From: Camelus ferus
Taxonomy: Eukaryota
Reading direction: 5' to 3'
Assembly: GCF_009834535.1 (NCBI RefSeq)
Contig: NC_045696.1
Span: 116,624,001-116,688,000 of the forward strand
DNA length: 64,000 bases
Positions 38,670 through 51,693 of the stretch are shown here, piece by piece (the stretch's first letter is position 1; each line of letters starts with the position of its first letter). Position numbers and translations under genes: made by a program. Under the pieces are notes generated by a model. The model was not told where the DNA came from, ran no database searches, and worked only from the letters and a program-made list of their open reading frames with translations.

Positions 38670-39010
38670 CTGCTGTCTAGGTTCGTCAAGCTGTCTCTCT
38701 CCAAATCTTCCAGCACAGTCACCACCACCTCTCCACTCTCAAGATGATGCTCCGGAGCCAAGCCTGGAGCTCCTCAGGCAGGAAGGTCAGCAGCTGTTCC
38801 AGCACCAATTCCAGGCTCTGCTCCTTGGTGTGTCTCTCTGGGCTCAACCACCGATGGCAAAGTTCCCGGAGTTAGCCCAGCGCCTCCTGGGGCCCGGGAT
38901 TCCCGGTCCCAAATATAGCCTTCTTCTTTAACCTTTACTTGGATAATCTCCCCTGGTTCCTCGGAAGCCTGGCCAGCCAAGGCTGGGAGGGCCCTGGGGG
39001 CTGCCGCCAT
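38670..39010 (-). pseudogene. SCAND3: Disabled first coding (SCAN-domain) exon of SCAND3/ZBED9
   Basis: MAAAPRALPALAGQASEEPGEIIQVKVKEEGYIWDRES resembles recalled human SCAND3 MEAVSRVFPALAGQAPEEQGEIIKVKVKEEDHTWDQES. Other frames continue [45 protein letters not shown] / [19 protein letters not shown] / LDEPRQQ, then donor CAG|GTGAGA at 38670/38669. Lesions: TAA at 38874-38872, three frameshifts and an internal deletion. Confidence 0.85.
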
Positions 39011-39199
39011 CCTTAGCTCAGCCCAGAGGCAGGCTCTCTCCAACTAGGCAGATGGGTGGTTTTACTCGAGGTCCCCATCCAACCCTCGGTCAGGAAAGTT
39101 TCCAATATAAGAAAACACAGTCAACACAGAAAAATGACAGACGCAGCTCAAAAACATTCTGCATAGGTGACAAACAGTCAAGGTACTTGAGCCAGCCCA

Positions 39200-39830
39200 C
39201 TGAAAGCGAAGCCATCTTCTGACAAGACCGGAAATAGTGAGCCCAGAACTACTCACTAAAGCTGCAGGGTTACGTGCGAGACGGAAAATGGAAGCCCCTT
39301 TGGACCTAAATAAAGCCTGGATATTCGAGCCTGGGAGAGGAAACCAGAGCGGTCTCTCTGAAAGCGCGGCTCCCTACAGGCCCGGGCGGAAAGGGCGAGG
39401 AGGGCGAGGGGCTCTTTCCACACCACGAGCTGTCTGAGGAGGAGACCCCCATGGTCGCCGCGCAGACACCCTTCCCTCAGCCGCCGCTTCCACCTCTGAG
39501 GAATTCGGACCCTCTCACGCCCAGCCAGAGAAGGGGGCCAGGGGTAACACTTACCGCGCAGGGAGCTGCTTCCAGACGCACCAGCTTCAGGCCCCAGCAC
39601 ACTCCCGCCAAGCTCCGGGCGCTGAGCTCACTTCCGGTCCGCTCTAGGATTCCAGGCGGTGCAATCGTCTCGGTGGTCGGTAGTGGTACCCAGGCTGGCG
39701 AGCATGCGCAGGCAAGCCCTCTGTAAACCATAGACTTAACTCCAGAATTACCGAGTTATCTGTCATGCGGTGAAAAGAATTTCACGGTGTGAGTAGCGCT
39801 AGGGTAGCGGCTGCTCTGGGTTTTCTTGTC
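39200..39830. promoter_or_regulatory. CpG-island promoter upstream of the SCAND3 remnant
   Basis: Sharp local rise in GC and CpG; ETS/GABP motif CACTTCCGG at 39629-39637; NRF1-like GAGCATGCGC at 39700-39709; minus-strand donor GCG|GTAAGT at 39555/39554 suggests a non-coding first exon. Confidence 0.7.
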
Positions 39831-40959
39831 ACGGTGATAAATTGTCACTGGTTCTCAGACCCACGGTACTCAGATTTCTTGGTCCTGTTGAGAGAGTGAG
39901 TTATAACTTCGTGTGATATCTGTATTAGCATGTACAAAGCTGCTGCAGAGCAAATAGTGTGATTAAATAGAAACTCTCTTGAAAGAAGGTGGTCATAGTG
40001 GTACATTAAAATGGTGTTTTATATTTAGCATTTTTTTCATCATTACAGTTCTGTATGTTTGGGCAAATACATTTTTCTAAAACTAGGGACAGGTGTTGGC
40101 TCTGTTATTTCAGAAACCAGGGTGATGATCAGAGAGAAATTGGCAGCAAATCCCAGAATCTGATGCCTCTTATTTATGGCTGGAATTGTCCCTGCAGTCA
40201 CCTGAGATTAACTCTTAAGGTTGTGCCTTCACCATGAGGATAGTTATGTTGAAACAATCTGTTCTCAACTCTTTTATTGGACTAAATTACAAATCCTAGG
40301 GGATAAAATCTTTCCGTTTACTGACAAGGGGTTCATCTGTGTGCTGATGAATTTTAAAGCCCTTGGTGGTTATTTTAACAAGATTTCCAGCTAGAAAGTT
40401 GAACAAAAACTTCCATCCCCGAGTTACTTACCACAAGGGAAAGCTAACCAAAGATTTTTCTTTTCTCATGTAGCTTTCCATAGGTGACTCTGTATGCTTA
40501 GCAAAACTTCACCAATCTGTTTGAAGTCTTGTCTGGAATGTATCACATAGTTTTAATTCTGAAAATTTATAAAAGCTATTTTTTTTTTGACAGTTGGGAG
40601 TGACATTTCTTTTCAGTGAGTTATGAAGTGATCCCTGTATCATTTGCCTTCATCTCAGGTTAGACTACTTTTGTGATCTCCTTTGTTGTTAGTAACCTGG
40701 AAGATGAGTATTCTGCTACAAGAGGCTAAAACATTTGAGGACACATCCTCACCTCAAAACTTCTGCTGCATGACTGTTTCTCACTTATTGACAGTGAAGT
40801 GAGAGATGTTTTTAAAATGATTAACTGGAAACCTTAGGAAATGGTGATGACCAATTTTAATGGGTTTCAGCATAGGTGTAGTCCTAGAAGGTATCTATCC
40901 CAGAAGATATGATAGTAGAGTATAGTATTACATATTTTTTGAAACTCTATTGCCCTTCT

Positions 40960-41990
40960 CTTTGAAACAAAATAACACACATGACTTTGTAACCATGGAT
41001 TGCTTCTCTCTCTCCCTAACATATTCTTGGCACCTTTTCTCCAATACAGATATTTTCAACATATAATAATAATAACAAAAATCTTTTCATAAGTTGATAG
41101 CTCTTTTTACAGAGTGAGGGTGATACTCATAATTCAGGCTCTCATCTTAATGGAAAAATTTGATTGAACAATTTTATATGCCATTAGGATATCACAATGC
41201 TGCCATATATAAAACATATTCTTAAATATTTGTGGGCACTTGGTTGAGAATATTTGTAGAATAAGTTTCTAGAAGTGGAAATCTCCATCAGATTATATAT
41301 GCACTGGAAAACTTGACAGATGTTGCCAAATTGGCCTTTAAGAAGGTGATACCAATTTAATATACCATTGATAGATGTTTTATTCACCCTGTGAACCATT
41401 TATCCTTGTCCTTTATCCATTTTTTTCCATGGGATAACTGAGCTTATATTTTAATTAATATATAAGTTTTTTCACATACCAAGGAAATTATCATTTTGTC
41501 CTTGATTGCATGTTTTTCTCCAGACTGTTGACTTGGTTTCGAGTATTTTTTTCTGGTACAAATATTTTCATTTTTATATAATCAGATTTCTCAGTCTTTT
41601 AAATTTACATTTTCAATCTTTTTTCCTTTATGGTACTAGGTTTTGTTTCCTGATTGGAAAGGAACTCTACACTCAAAGATTTTTATACATGTGTTTGTGC
41701 CTTTGTTCTTTTGGCACTTTGATTGTTTCATTTTTAAATACCTAAATCTTTGATCTTTTGGAATTTATGTTTTAGTGCAAGAGGTGAATTAGAGTCCAGC
41801 TTATATTTTAATGCTAGTTTTTTCATACCATTTATTGCCATTGATATGAAATATTACCTTTTTGATATACCAAACTTCTATTATATTTGTGTGTAATTCT
41901 GGTTTCTCTATTCTTTCTCTGCTAACAAGCTCGATAGTCCATCTCCAGCAACAAGCTGCTTTCATTATTGTAATGTGCTTTCACACCTTG
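40960..41990 (-). mobile_element. Degraded old L1 fragment
   Basis: T-rich strand with L1 ORF2-end motifs (agtggaaat...ttgccaaattg, tagagtccagctt). Confidence 0.5.
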
Positions 41991-42884
41991 TATTGATCAT
42001 ATTGACATATTATTAATAATATGTGTGTATATGGAGGGAGAGTGTAGGGACTTGGTGAAAACTAAGGAGAATTTTATAGGTTACTAAGCTCTTAATCCTG
42101 GAACCTAGTTTTTATTTTTGTAAAATGCTGCTCTTGGTCACCAGTCCCTACGCATCTTCTGAGACAACACACTTCAGACATTCTTGTGTTTCTTCACTTG
42201 TTCTTACAACATTGTGTGTGGATTATACCTTTTGCACAAATGAGTCTCTGAGATATTGGGAAAGCTATAAATCAACTACAAAACCTCAGACTCCTGCCGT
42301 TAGATACATTTAAAAGGTTAGTGCCAAGAGAAGCTATATTTTCCACATTCATGTGAGCATTAGAACGTTTCCTACAGAGGAGGACGCACTGGTTAAGACT
42401 AATGTCAAGGTATAAGAACAGCATCCATTTTACACGTTTTCCATTTTGAGTGAGAGAGCCACTGTGCTTTCACGGGCATTAGGTGAACTACAAGCTAGCA
42501 AATTTCAGGAGTCCCAAGGAGGGTCAGTCATGAATGAACTTGTGCAGATGACTCTCAAATACATTCAGGCTTCCTGTCAACTTTTGCTAAAGTCTTGTCA
42601 ATTGTCAATATCAGCTTTGAGGGCAGCTTTTTCCAGAAGCATTCTCTGGTCTGTGGGTCGGGAATCATCTCTTCCTCCTCTGTTTTCCCATCGCCCACGT
42701 AGCCTCTGTTACAGTTCTTTCCTCTTCAGCCCTGTGTTCTGGCATGTTTCCTCCCTTTGATTGTCAGTGACTAGAGTTCAGTTCTCCCTGAAAGTCTTGT
42801 TGATGATATTCACTCATTAAATCCTTTTCTGATTGGATGGAATTTTAAAACTTCTAAGTGATGAAGATTCTATAAAAATGATTA

Positions 42885-43325
42885 TATTAATTTTCCTGTG
42901 GCAGCTGTAATATGTTACTGCAAATTTTGTGGCTTAAAACAATAGAAATTCCTTCTCACACTGTCCTGGAACCAGAAGTCCAAAATCAGTGTCACAGGGA
43001 CCAAATCAAGCCGGGCTGTGCTTTTTCTGGAAGCTCAACGGAAGGATTCCTTTCTTATCTCTTCTAGCTTCTGGGGGCTGCCGGCATTCCTTGACTTACA
43101 GCTCTGTTACTCCAATCTCTGTCTCTGTCTTCACATTGCCTTCTCTGTATGTGAAATCTCCCTTTCTCTCTCTCTCTTTTAAGAACTCTTTTGGTAGCAC
43201 TTCAGATCCTAGTCCAGAACAAGGCCCTTAACTTCACCACAACCGCAAAGACAATTTTTTCATTTACAGGTTCCCAGGATTAGGACTTGGTATCTTTAGG
43301 GATATTATACAGTTTACTACAGATA
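42885..43325 (-). mobile_element. MaLR LTR (MLT1-type)
   Basis: gtggcttaaaacaatagaaatt..ctcaca..ctggaaccagaagtccaaaatcagtgtc...acaggttcccaggattaggacttgg. Confidence 0.7.
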
Positions 43326-43464
43326 TATGGCATCTAATCTAAGGAAATATGACAATATTTTTATGTTGAATCTGTTCCTCTATTTGAAAGTGAAGGTCAA
43401 GGGAAAAGACAGCCTCCATGTTGACAAGGGCTTGGTAGTAAGAAATGAAGACTATGTATGTGTC

Positions 43465-43870
43465 ATGTTTATTGAATATAATTTACATTCAATAAAATGC
43501 TATCATTTTAAGTTTTCTAATACGTTTGATAAATTTATACACCCACATGAGCACACCTACTATCAACGCATGGAACATTTTTATCACCCCACGAATGTTC
43601 CTAGTGTTCCTTTCTTTAAGATCTGCTTTTTGTCATTGTAAATTCAATTCCTCTTTTCTAGAGTTTCATATAAATATAATCATACAGTATGCATCTCCAT
43701 TCAGTGTACTGTTTTTGAGAGTCATCCACATTGTTGCATGTATTAGTAAATCATTTCCTTTTATTGCTGAGTAGCATTTTGTCCATCCCCTGATGATGGA
43801 CAGTTGAGTCGTTTCCAATTCGAACCTATCATGAATAAAGCTGCTGTGAAATTTTGTATATGTCTTTGTC
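43465..43870 (-). mobile_element. L1M 3' end
   Basis: tttattgaatataatttacattcaataaaatgc...atgaataaagctgctgtgaaa. Confidence 0.7.
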
Positions 43871-46800
43871 TGTTTTTGTTTTCCCTTTGTGCACTCTGTC
43901 TCCCTTTGATTTTTACAGTTTCAGACAGCCATGCATTGAAATGGACAGACATGGGCAAACTTAGTAATAAATGTGACAATGTTTGTAGAACTTCCTGTCT
44001 TTCCTGTTTCTATTACAGAGACACAGAGAGTAGTCACTTCAAAGAAAGAATCCTATCTCTTTTTCAGTTAGGATTTACTCTTTTAAACTAACCAACAAGA
44101 CAGTAGATCCATTGAGGAAACAAAAGTAATTGGAACGGATGTGAGAGCTTACAAGTATAAGCAAGTAATTATCTGACTCAATCACAGGGGGGCTAACCTT
44201 AATGGGATATTGCTTGCTAAATTAAACTGCAGGGAATCAAACATGTAAATCTAACTTGAGATGTAACCAACTTTCTAAGCCATAGAAAGTTCAGGCTCAA
44301 TTAGCGTTCTTTGTTCTCTCTTGCCACAGAACGCTTAGAAGAGCCCCTAGACAGATGGTGCTACTCCGGAACCATCAGTCAATCATATGGTTGATTCTAT
44401 TTCATGCTGCAAGTGATTTGATGATGGTTTGGAAGATCCACAGTCAATGAATTCTCACAGATGCTTATCTCAGTGGTTGAGAGAATATCTGAGGCTAATC
44501 CTAGCCTCACTTCTAATTTATGTTCTAGCCTCAAGAAAGGTACTGAATGCATTAAGGTCTCTTTGAGAGGAGGAAGGTAGGACTGAACGTTTTAGCTGCT
44601 ATGGCAACAGGGGCCATTTATATCATATGGTTTTGTTCTTGGAGAAAATCTCTGCAGAAGCAGAAATGGGGACAGAATCAGAGGAGGAAGTGAAACATGT
44701 GGTTCCAAGACCTTCTGGCCCAACTCTGTGCAGAAAATTTAATAGCAATAAAGCCAGAATTCCCTGTGCAGGGAATTTCCACTCCCACCACTAATTATAT
44801 CTGCATACCAAGCTACAGCTGAGAAACTCTGAGGTATTCTAAACCACAGTGTCCCTATTCAAATTTCCCTTGATAGATGAAAGATAGAAACATATTAAAT
44901 GTAAACACCAGGTATCTTACTATGTTCCCAACAGCAACATATTGAACTGTAAGAGGTAAAATCACTATCTCAACAATCTATTCATCAATTTTAAAACCTG
45001 GGCTTTGAGACACATGCTGTAATTCTTTGGTAATTGTAGAATGCTATAACTAGTTACATAAAAATTGTTATTTTTCTTATGTGCAATGGTTTTGTTTAAA
45101 AAAAATCTATGCTCTTTTCTGTTTTCCTTCTCTTTTCACATCTGACTTTTGTTTTCCTCTTTCATTTCTTTCCTCTGTATTCTAGTATGGGTGAATTCTA
45201 GGTCAAAAATTTCTTTCAGGTTTTGGGGAAATTCTTTAACCCAGTGCATATCATTTCATGCTTTTTAGTTAAGAAGCCTAGGAATTCTGGATGTTGATAG
45301 TGGTCTCTTAGAACCTGGAGAGTCTGAGGAAGCAAGAGCTCAGATGTGCTGGTATGTAGCAGAGCAACTACACTGTTACAGATTTCAAGGGGGCTCGAAG
45401 AACTCCAAGTCAGCCCTAAATTCTACTGGAAGATCCACTACCCTATGAAGGGATAAATATGACTCAAATAGGGAACACAATTTAGAGACTGGCTGGGTGT
45501 CAACAAGATTTCTTAAGAACACAGTTCCTATCACATACACACAAAATCTGATTCCAGCTTCTTATTCATTTATGCATTCATTCCTTCATTTATTCACTCG
45601 TCAAACACACATTTATTCATTTCTATGTTCTTTGCAGATATGCTGATGAGCAAAATAGACAAGGGGCCTGCTCTCAAAGAGTTCATTCTGAGTAGAAGAC
45701 ACAAATCAAATAAGTAGCACACATTTCAAATTTAAATCCTGTAAAAGAAAAATCTCTTAGAGATTTAGAAGAGGGAAAAAACCCTCAATTATCTTTCATT
45801 CTTTTCTTTCTTTCTTCACTATGCCCAGCCAGTTCTTCATGCCTAAAACACATTACGGTAGACTGGGAAATTTTTAAAGGATGTTGATTTTTAAGTTTCT
45901 TACTATCTTTATTCATGGAAATAAAGTATCCACATGCATTGAACACAGTTTCTAGGATGGTTTACAATCACTTATAGGTTAAGACTCTGGCATTTAAGAT
46001 GTTAAACGTTTTATGCATTTAATTATTAAAACAGAATAACTTTAAAAAAAAGAAAATCTTAATAACACTGTAATAGTGTAAACCTAAAAAAGTGACAGTT
46101 GAGCTGAGACCTGAAGGTTGAATTGCCACATGTATCTCATTGAAATTTCCTGTTTCATATTAAAATTGTAGTAGAACCTAGTCCAATCTCTGCACACAGG
46201 TTGTAAAAAATCATAATGAATTAATGGGGAAGAGAATAAAGAAAGACAGTGCCTGCGTTTTCATGTGTACATTTTGTTAAGAGCGCATCCCAGCAGTTCT
46301 TACATTCCTTAACTTAAAGCTTGAAACCTTGCACTGAATGTAAGAAGTAAAAATTTGTTTCATCTGGGTAAGAAATCATTGAAAAGAAATCTGGAGATCT
46401 TGAAGATAAAGGATGAAAGTTTGTCCTACACTGGGCTGTAAACCTGTCTGTGGGGAGGTAAATCAGCAACAAACTGCCTACCAGGCTCCTTTCTGATTCT
46501 CAAGGGAGCCTAGCACCTGTTCTGCATCCCAGTCTACAGGCATCAGTAAAATGGAAAGACATCCACATTTTAATACTCAGAACCCTGTTGCGTGCAAAAA
46601 CTGGGGGTCTTTCCCTACAGAGAAAGAGTAGAAACTAATCAGAAAAATTAGTAAACACAATCAAGAACAAATTGTGAAATAAACATAGAGTGATTATCAC
46701 ATGGCTTGAAGTGGAAGGACTGAGATGAGGGAAGTGCCTTTCTGACTCCATGCAATCTAAAATTGCAGCCGGGAGGAGTGGACTCTGAAGGGAGCACACA

Positions 46801-48184
46801 CCAAGAAACAAAATTTGTCATGTATTATCTGATTCATGCTCTGAGGGTGGTCATCTTTGGACTTACCTTGGGGATTTTTTGGGGGGTACAACACTTCCTA
46901 AAGGCAGATGAACACATGGGATCATTTGCAGATTTACCTGGGGACCAACATTCACATTAACTTGAGATTTATATCATCACCACCAACATCCCTCCACCCT
47001 AACAACATTGAAATGATGCTTGACATCTAACATGATGAGTAGTATTATTACTGTATGATGATGCTGAAAGAAACTTTAACATGAACCAGGAAATAACACA
47101 ACAGGAAGAATCAACCCCTGAAAGAATGCATATGTTTTTAAACATTTTAATTATGTACTCAATTGATGTTGGGTTTGGCAAAGTAGAGAAAGAACTGGTT
47201 TGCCAAGAAAAATTGTCTACTCCTTTTCATTTAAATAGGAAAGACTATGGGGGAGATAATAGAAAAGACAGGTAGGAGAGAGTTAAGCTTGATGAGTGCC
47301 TACAATGTGGCAGACACTGTGCTGATGTTTTACAGCTAGCATCTCATTTAATTATTAAAACACACATGACTCTTTCTTTCTTTTTTTTTTTAGAAACTCT
47401 TAGGAAACTGAGGACCAGAGGTATTAATGCAATTTTCTCAAAAGTCACATATCTAGTAAATGGTAGAACCAGAATTGGAACCCAAGGATGCAAGATTTCA
47501 AAGTGCATGCCTCTTCTAAGACTTTCAAGGAGGCAAGAGTGAATATTTGGGGAAGCTTCTAAGACTCCAGGGAAGAGTTCAGAATGTACTTTTGAAAGCT
47601 CGAAGCTGAGGGATGGACTATATAACCCCTGAAGACAAGAAGTTGGGATTGAGAACAGGATGTTAGTGCAGAAATTGGTAGGACTGGGAGCCGTGAGCCC
47701 TATTCAGTGTGCAAGTCTTGAAATGTATTTTATATTTCCACAAAGAATCAAGAAGCAATGGTATTAGGAAGTTGAGTAATTCAAGGGATGAGCCTTTGAG
47801 ATTGGATTCTATTCTTGGCTCCTCCACTTACACGTCACATGATCTTTCTCAGCGTTCCTTATGCATAAGCTGGAGCTAATAATGCTGTAGTCATTGGGAC
47901 AAAACTTAGATGGTAACAATCAGCATTAGAAGGACAGTAGAACCATCTGCATGAGACTTGGAAGCCACACACCCAATCAGTGTGGTCAAAGGGTTGTGAA
48001 TTCTAATTTAACTACAGGAGGCAGAAAGCTAATCAACTGTATTGTAACTGGAGGCTCTGGAGAAGGGCTGTGTAGAATGAAAGGCAAAAATCTCACAAGC
48101 ACTTTCCTGCCCTGTCCAAAGAGGAGAACGTTGTTTTTTTAATCTTGAGACTAAGAACCATTCAACTCGGGATGAAAGAGCCTT

Positions 48185-48371
48185 TACTTTTAACAAATTT
48201 TCATTGAAGTGGAGTTGATTTACAATGTTAGTTTCAGGCGTACAGCAAAGCGATTCAGTTACACATATACATACACACATATTTTCTTTTCAGATCCTTT
48301 TCCATTATATGTTATTACAAGAAATTGAATATAGTTCCCCGTGCTCGACAGTAGATCCTTGTTGTTTATCT
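48185..48371 (-). mobile_element. Short L1 3' end with TSD
   Basis: attgaagtggagttgatttacaatgttagtttcagg...; flanking atgaaagagc at 48172-48181 and 48372-48381. Confidence 0.75.
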
Positions 48372-48534
48372 ATGAAAGAGCTTTTAAAGCCAACGAATTC
48401 CTTTTTACCTTGTGTCATGCTAACCAAGCAACCCATGACCACGAAGTGTTTGGGTTTTTTGGTAGCTCCTTTTATACTGAGAAAGGAGGTTAGAACTTCT
48501 GATCAATTGAAGGGCATATTCCCCCATTCTTATT

Positions 48535-49072
48535 GAATTAGTTTTCTATTGCTGTATGGCAAACTATCTCCAAAATTATTGGCATAAAACAACACATGTT
48601 TATTGTATCACAGTAGGTCAAGAATCTGAGCACAGCTCAGCTGGGTCCTCAGCTTCAGGCCTCCTACAAGGCTGTGATCAAGGAATAGGCAGAGCTTGCA
48701 AGTTCAAGTTCAACTGGGACAGGACTCGCTTCCAAGCTCACTCAGCGATTGTTGGCAAGATTCAGTTCTCTGTGGGATGAAGGCCTTAGTTTCTCGCTGG
48801 ATACTGGCCAGAGGCTGCCCCCAGTCCCTTGCAGGGAGGAACCATCCATCACAGTAAGTAAGTGAGAAGACCCGAGGGAGAAGATACCAGCAAGACGGAA
48901 GTCACAGTCTTTTGTTACCTAATGATGGAAGTGATATTGCATCACTGTGACTGTATTCTGTTGATTAGAAGGAATCACTAGGTCCCACACACTCAAGGGG
49001 AGGAGATCTCACAAGGGCATGAGCCCTGGGGGATTCGGACCTTTGGGAGCCATGTTGGAATCTGCCTTCTGC
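48535..49072 (-). mobile_element. MaLR LTR (MLT1F-like)
   Basis: attagttttctattgctgt...ggcataaaacaacaca...gggagccatgttggaatctgcc. Confidence 0.7.
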
Positions 49073-49289
49073 ACTTTTCTGTCCACAGACCATTGTAGGA
49101 AAGATAGGAGTCCATGTGATTACTGAAAACTAATGTGGATGGTATCTTAGGAAAAAAAATCTGAAGTCCCCCTAACTGTCAAATTTTCTCTCTATAAATT
49201 AAAAAAAAAATTAACTGTTTTTCAATAAATGATCGCAGCAAATGAGTCATCCCTTCCAATATTCTTTAGGGCAATAAAAAAGCAACCAC

Positions 49290-49535
49290 GTGATCTTTGT
49301 CTGACTTACTTCGCTTAGTGTGATAATCTCTAGGTCCATCCATGTTGCTGCAAGTTATTTCATTCTTTTTTAATGACAACGAGGTCCTACTATATAGCCC
49401 AGGGAACTGTATTCAATATCTTGTAGTAACATATCATGAAAGAGAAGGTATATATGTATAACTGAATCACTATGCTGTACATCAGAAACTAACACAACAT
49501 TGTAAATCAACTATACTTCAATTAAAAAAAAATAC
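49290..49535. mobile_element. Short 5'-inverted L1 insertion
   Basis: Antisense L1 piece (about 49290-49372) joined to a sense 3' end with A-tail; TSD gcaaccac at 49282-49289 and 49536-49543. Confidence 0.75.
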
Positions 49536-51693
49536 GCAACCACACTGTGCCTCTGGCACAGCCCTCTCTTTGAGCAGTCTGGTTCTGAGCAGACCCAAGT
49601 GAGTAACGTAAGCTGAGGTCCCTTAGCGTATGGTTTTCAAAGTATATTTACACTTCCTGTGGGTCAATAACTTTGCTATTTGGCAGAGGTCTCTGAGCGG
49701 ATGATGGAAATATTTTCTCTCACATTTGAGCCAGCTCCCTTGGGTTGATATTTCAACTTAGAGAATGAGGATGAACTGAGGGGAGGAGGGGTGAGGGCAT
49801 CGCGGAAGGGATGGGAGACGAGGAAGGAAGAAGGGCAGAGAATTTTTTTGTTCAGTCTCAGGCTTTATGAATAATAAGGGTTTGGTTCTGAAAGAAGGCT
49901 CCAGCAGCAAACATAAGAATATGAGGGCCTCAAAAAATTCATGTTTAACGCAGAATTGTTCCAGTGGGACAAGGGTCCCAGTTAACCTGTGTCTGTTTTA
50001 ATGAGAGACTGAGGAGAAAAGTGTCTCCTGTCTTGAATGTCTGTGTGTCAGTGCTGGTTTGGATGGAGGAATCAAACTGTTTGTGTCTATTTCTGTTCTT
50101 TTTTATCACTAGGAGACCCACTGACACCAACCCCAGAGTTGCGGACACCCTGGGCACAGAGAGTGGGGCACAGTCCCCAATTCTGCTACTTTTCATCTCT
50201 TGTCTCATTGATGGCCGCCTCTCGCTCCAGCCCCTCTGCTGAACATCAGAGTTAAGTGAATTACCTGCCCAGAATCAGCATCAGAGGAAGGAGCCACGCA
50301 GTTCTCTCTGGGGGCTCTAATAGCTGGTTCTTTAAGCTTGGTGAGTCGGGGGAGGAGCTACTTGAATATTTCCTATACAAGCTGTTTCTCACTCTTGACT
50401 CGACTATCCATTTCTGTGCCTCTTTGGACTCTCAATTTTAGTTTTGGTCACATCTGAGTAGAGTACAAGTGACCCGCTGAATTTTTTCCTTAGTCCTACT
50501 TTTCTCTCCTTTCCCCAAAACTGGAGGATCTTAAACCAGAATCTGTTTCAGCATCACCTGGTCCAATTTGGTTCAGCCTGTGCGTTGCCTCCCCCTGGGC
50601 TGGACCAGTGCTCAGCTACCAACACTCTGAGCACCTGTGTTAGTATTGCCTCAAAATGCCAATTGCTAACACATGCTCAACTCTCAGAAGAGTGTGTATG
50701 TCCATCCCTGGTCACCTCTTGTTGTCTTTTGGTTTCTGTGGGCACTGTATGAGTTATGATGTCATAGGAATGCACCCTTTTGATGGTCTTTGAAGTTTCA
50801 TGAAGCAAGAACGAGAAGGAAGAAAGAAGGATGCACTGATCTACCAGCAGACCCTAAGACAGATTATTTTTCTATTTTTAAGAGTTATGCATGACTATGA
50901 AGATTGATGGTAATTGAAAGAAGACAATAAATTAATAGCCAGAAGCATATTGATGGGTTAAGAGATTAATTCACTTGGAGGAAAGGTTAATTAACTAGAT
51001 GTGTGTGTGATAAAGACATCTCAAGGTGATGTTTTAATTGACAGTCATATCCATACACTAGCGAGGAGGGTAAGAGAGAAAAGTGTGCAATGTCAGAGGG
51101 TTTCAGCTCGGGGTTTGGTTGCGCTCTGTGTGACCGCACTCACCAGCGTGAGTGGACATGCGGTTTCCGGAGGCTCTTTGAGGAGAGGAAGCAATGACAT
51201 TCCAGCTGTGCAGCGACGGCTTATGCACCTTGTACCCCAGCCAGATGCCTCATTGTCACTGCCGCCTATCAGATTTGCAGTAAAGAAATAAAGATACGCT
51301 TCAGCCCTGCTCTTCTACAGGTTAAATCAGATCTATTCCACTTGTTAACAGTAGAAGACTTGCTCCCCATTAAAGGAAATTTAGGCAACCAAAGAAGAGG
51401 TCTATGGACCCAGGAGTCAATTCAGGACCCAGGGGTCAATCCACAACATTCTTACACAGAATACAAACCCTGTTAAGAAGTCCAGATGCTAAAGGTTTTT
51501 TTTAGATAAAGTAATAAATCACTGGTGTCAATGAAAAACACCTTTTTACTATAAGCAATAATTCTGATGTTTTTGAACAAAAACACTCATTTAAAGAATA
51601 CTAATCAAGGAGAACTTTACAGTTTGAAAAGGAATTTTATTACATGTCATTCTGTTTCCTTCATAGAGAATGATCTTGTGTAAATAGTGTTAT

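Noticed and set aside
40630..40690. RLDYFCDL resembling an olfactory-receptor loop motif
   Set aside because: No other OR motifs nearby.
42376..42485. Weak resemblance to two halves of tRNA-Ser(GCT)
   Set aside because: Short matches separated by about 50 extra nt; no B box or cloverleaf.
49616..49640. ggtcccttagcgtatggtt resembling the tRNA-Gln 5' end
   Set aside because: Only about 20 nt; the remainder is absent.
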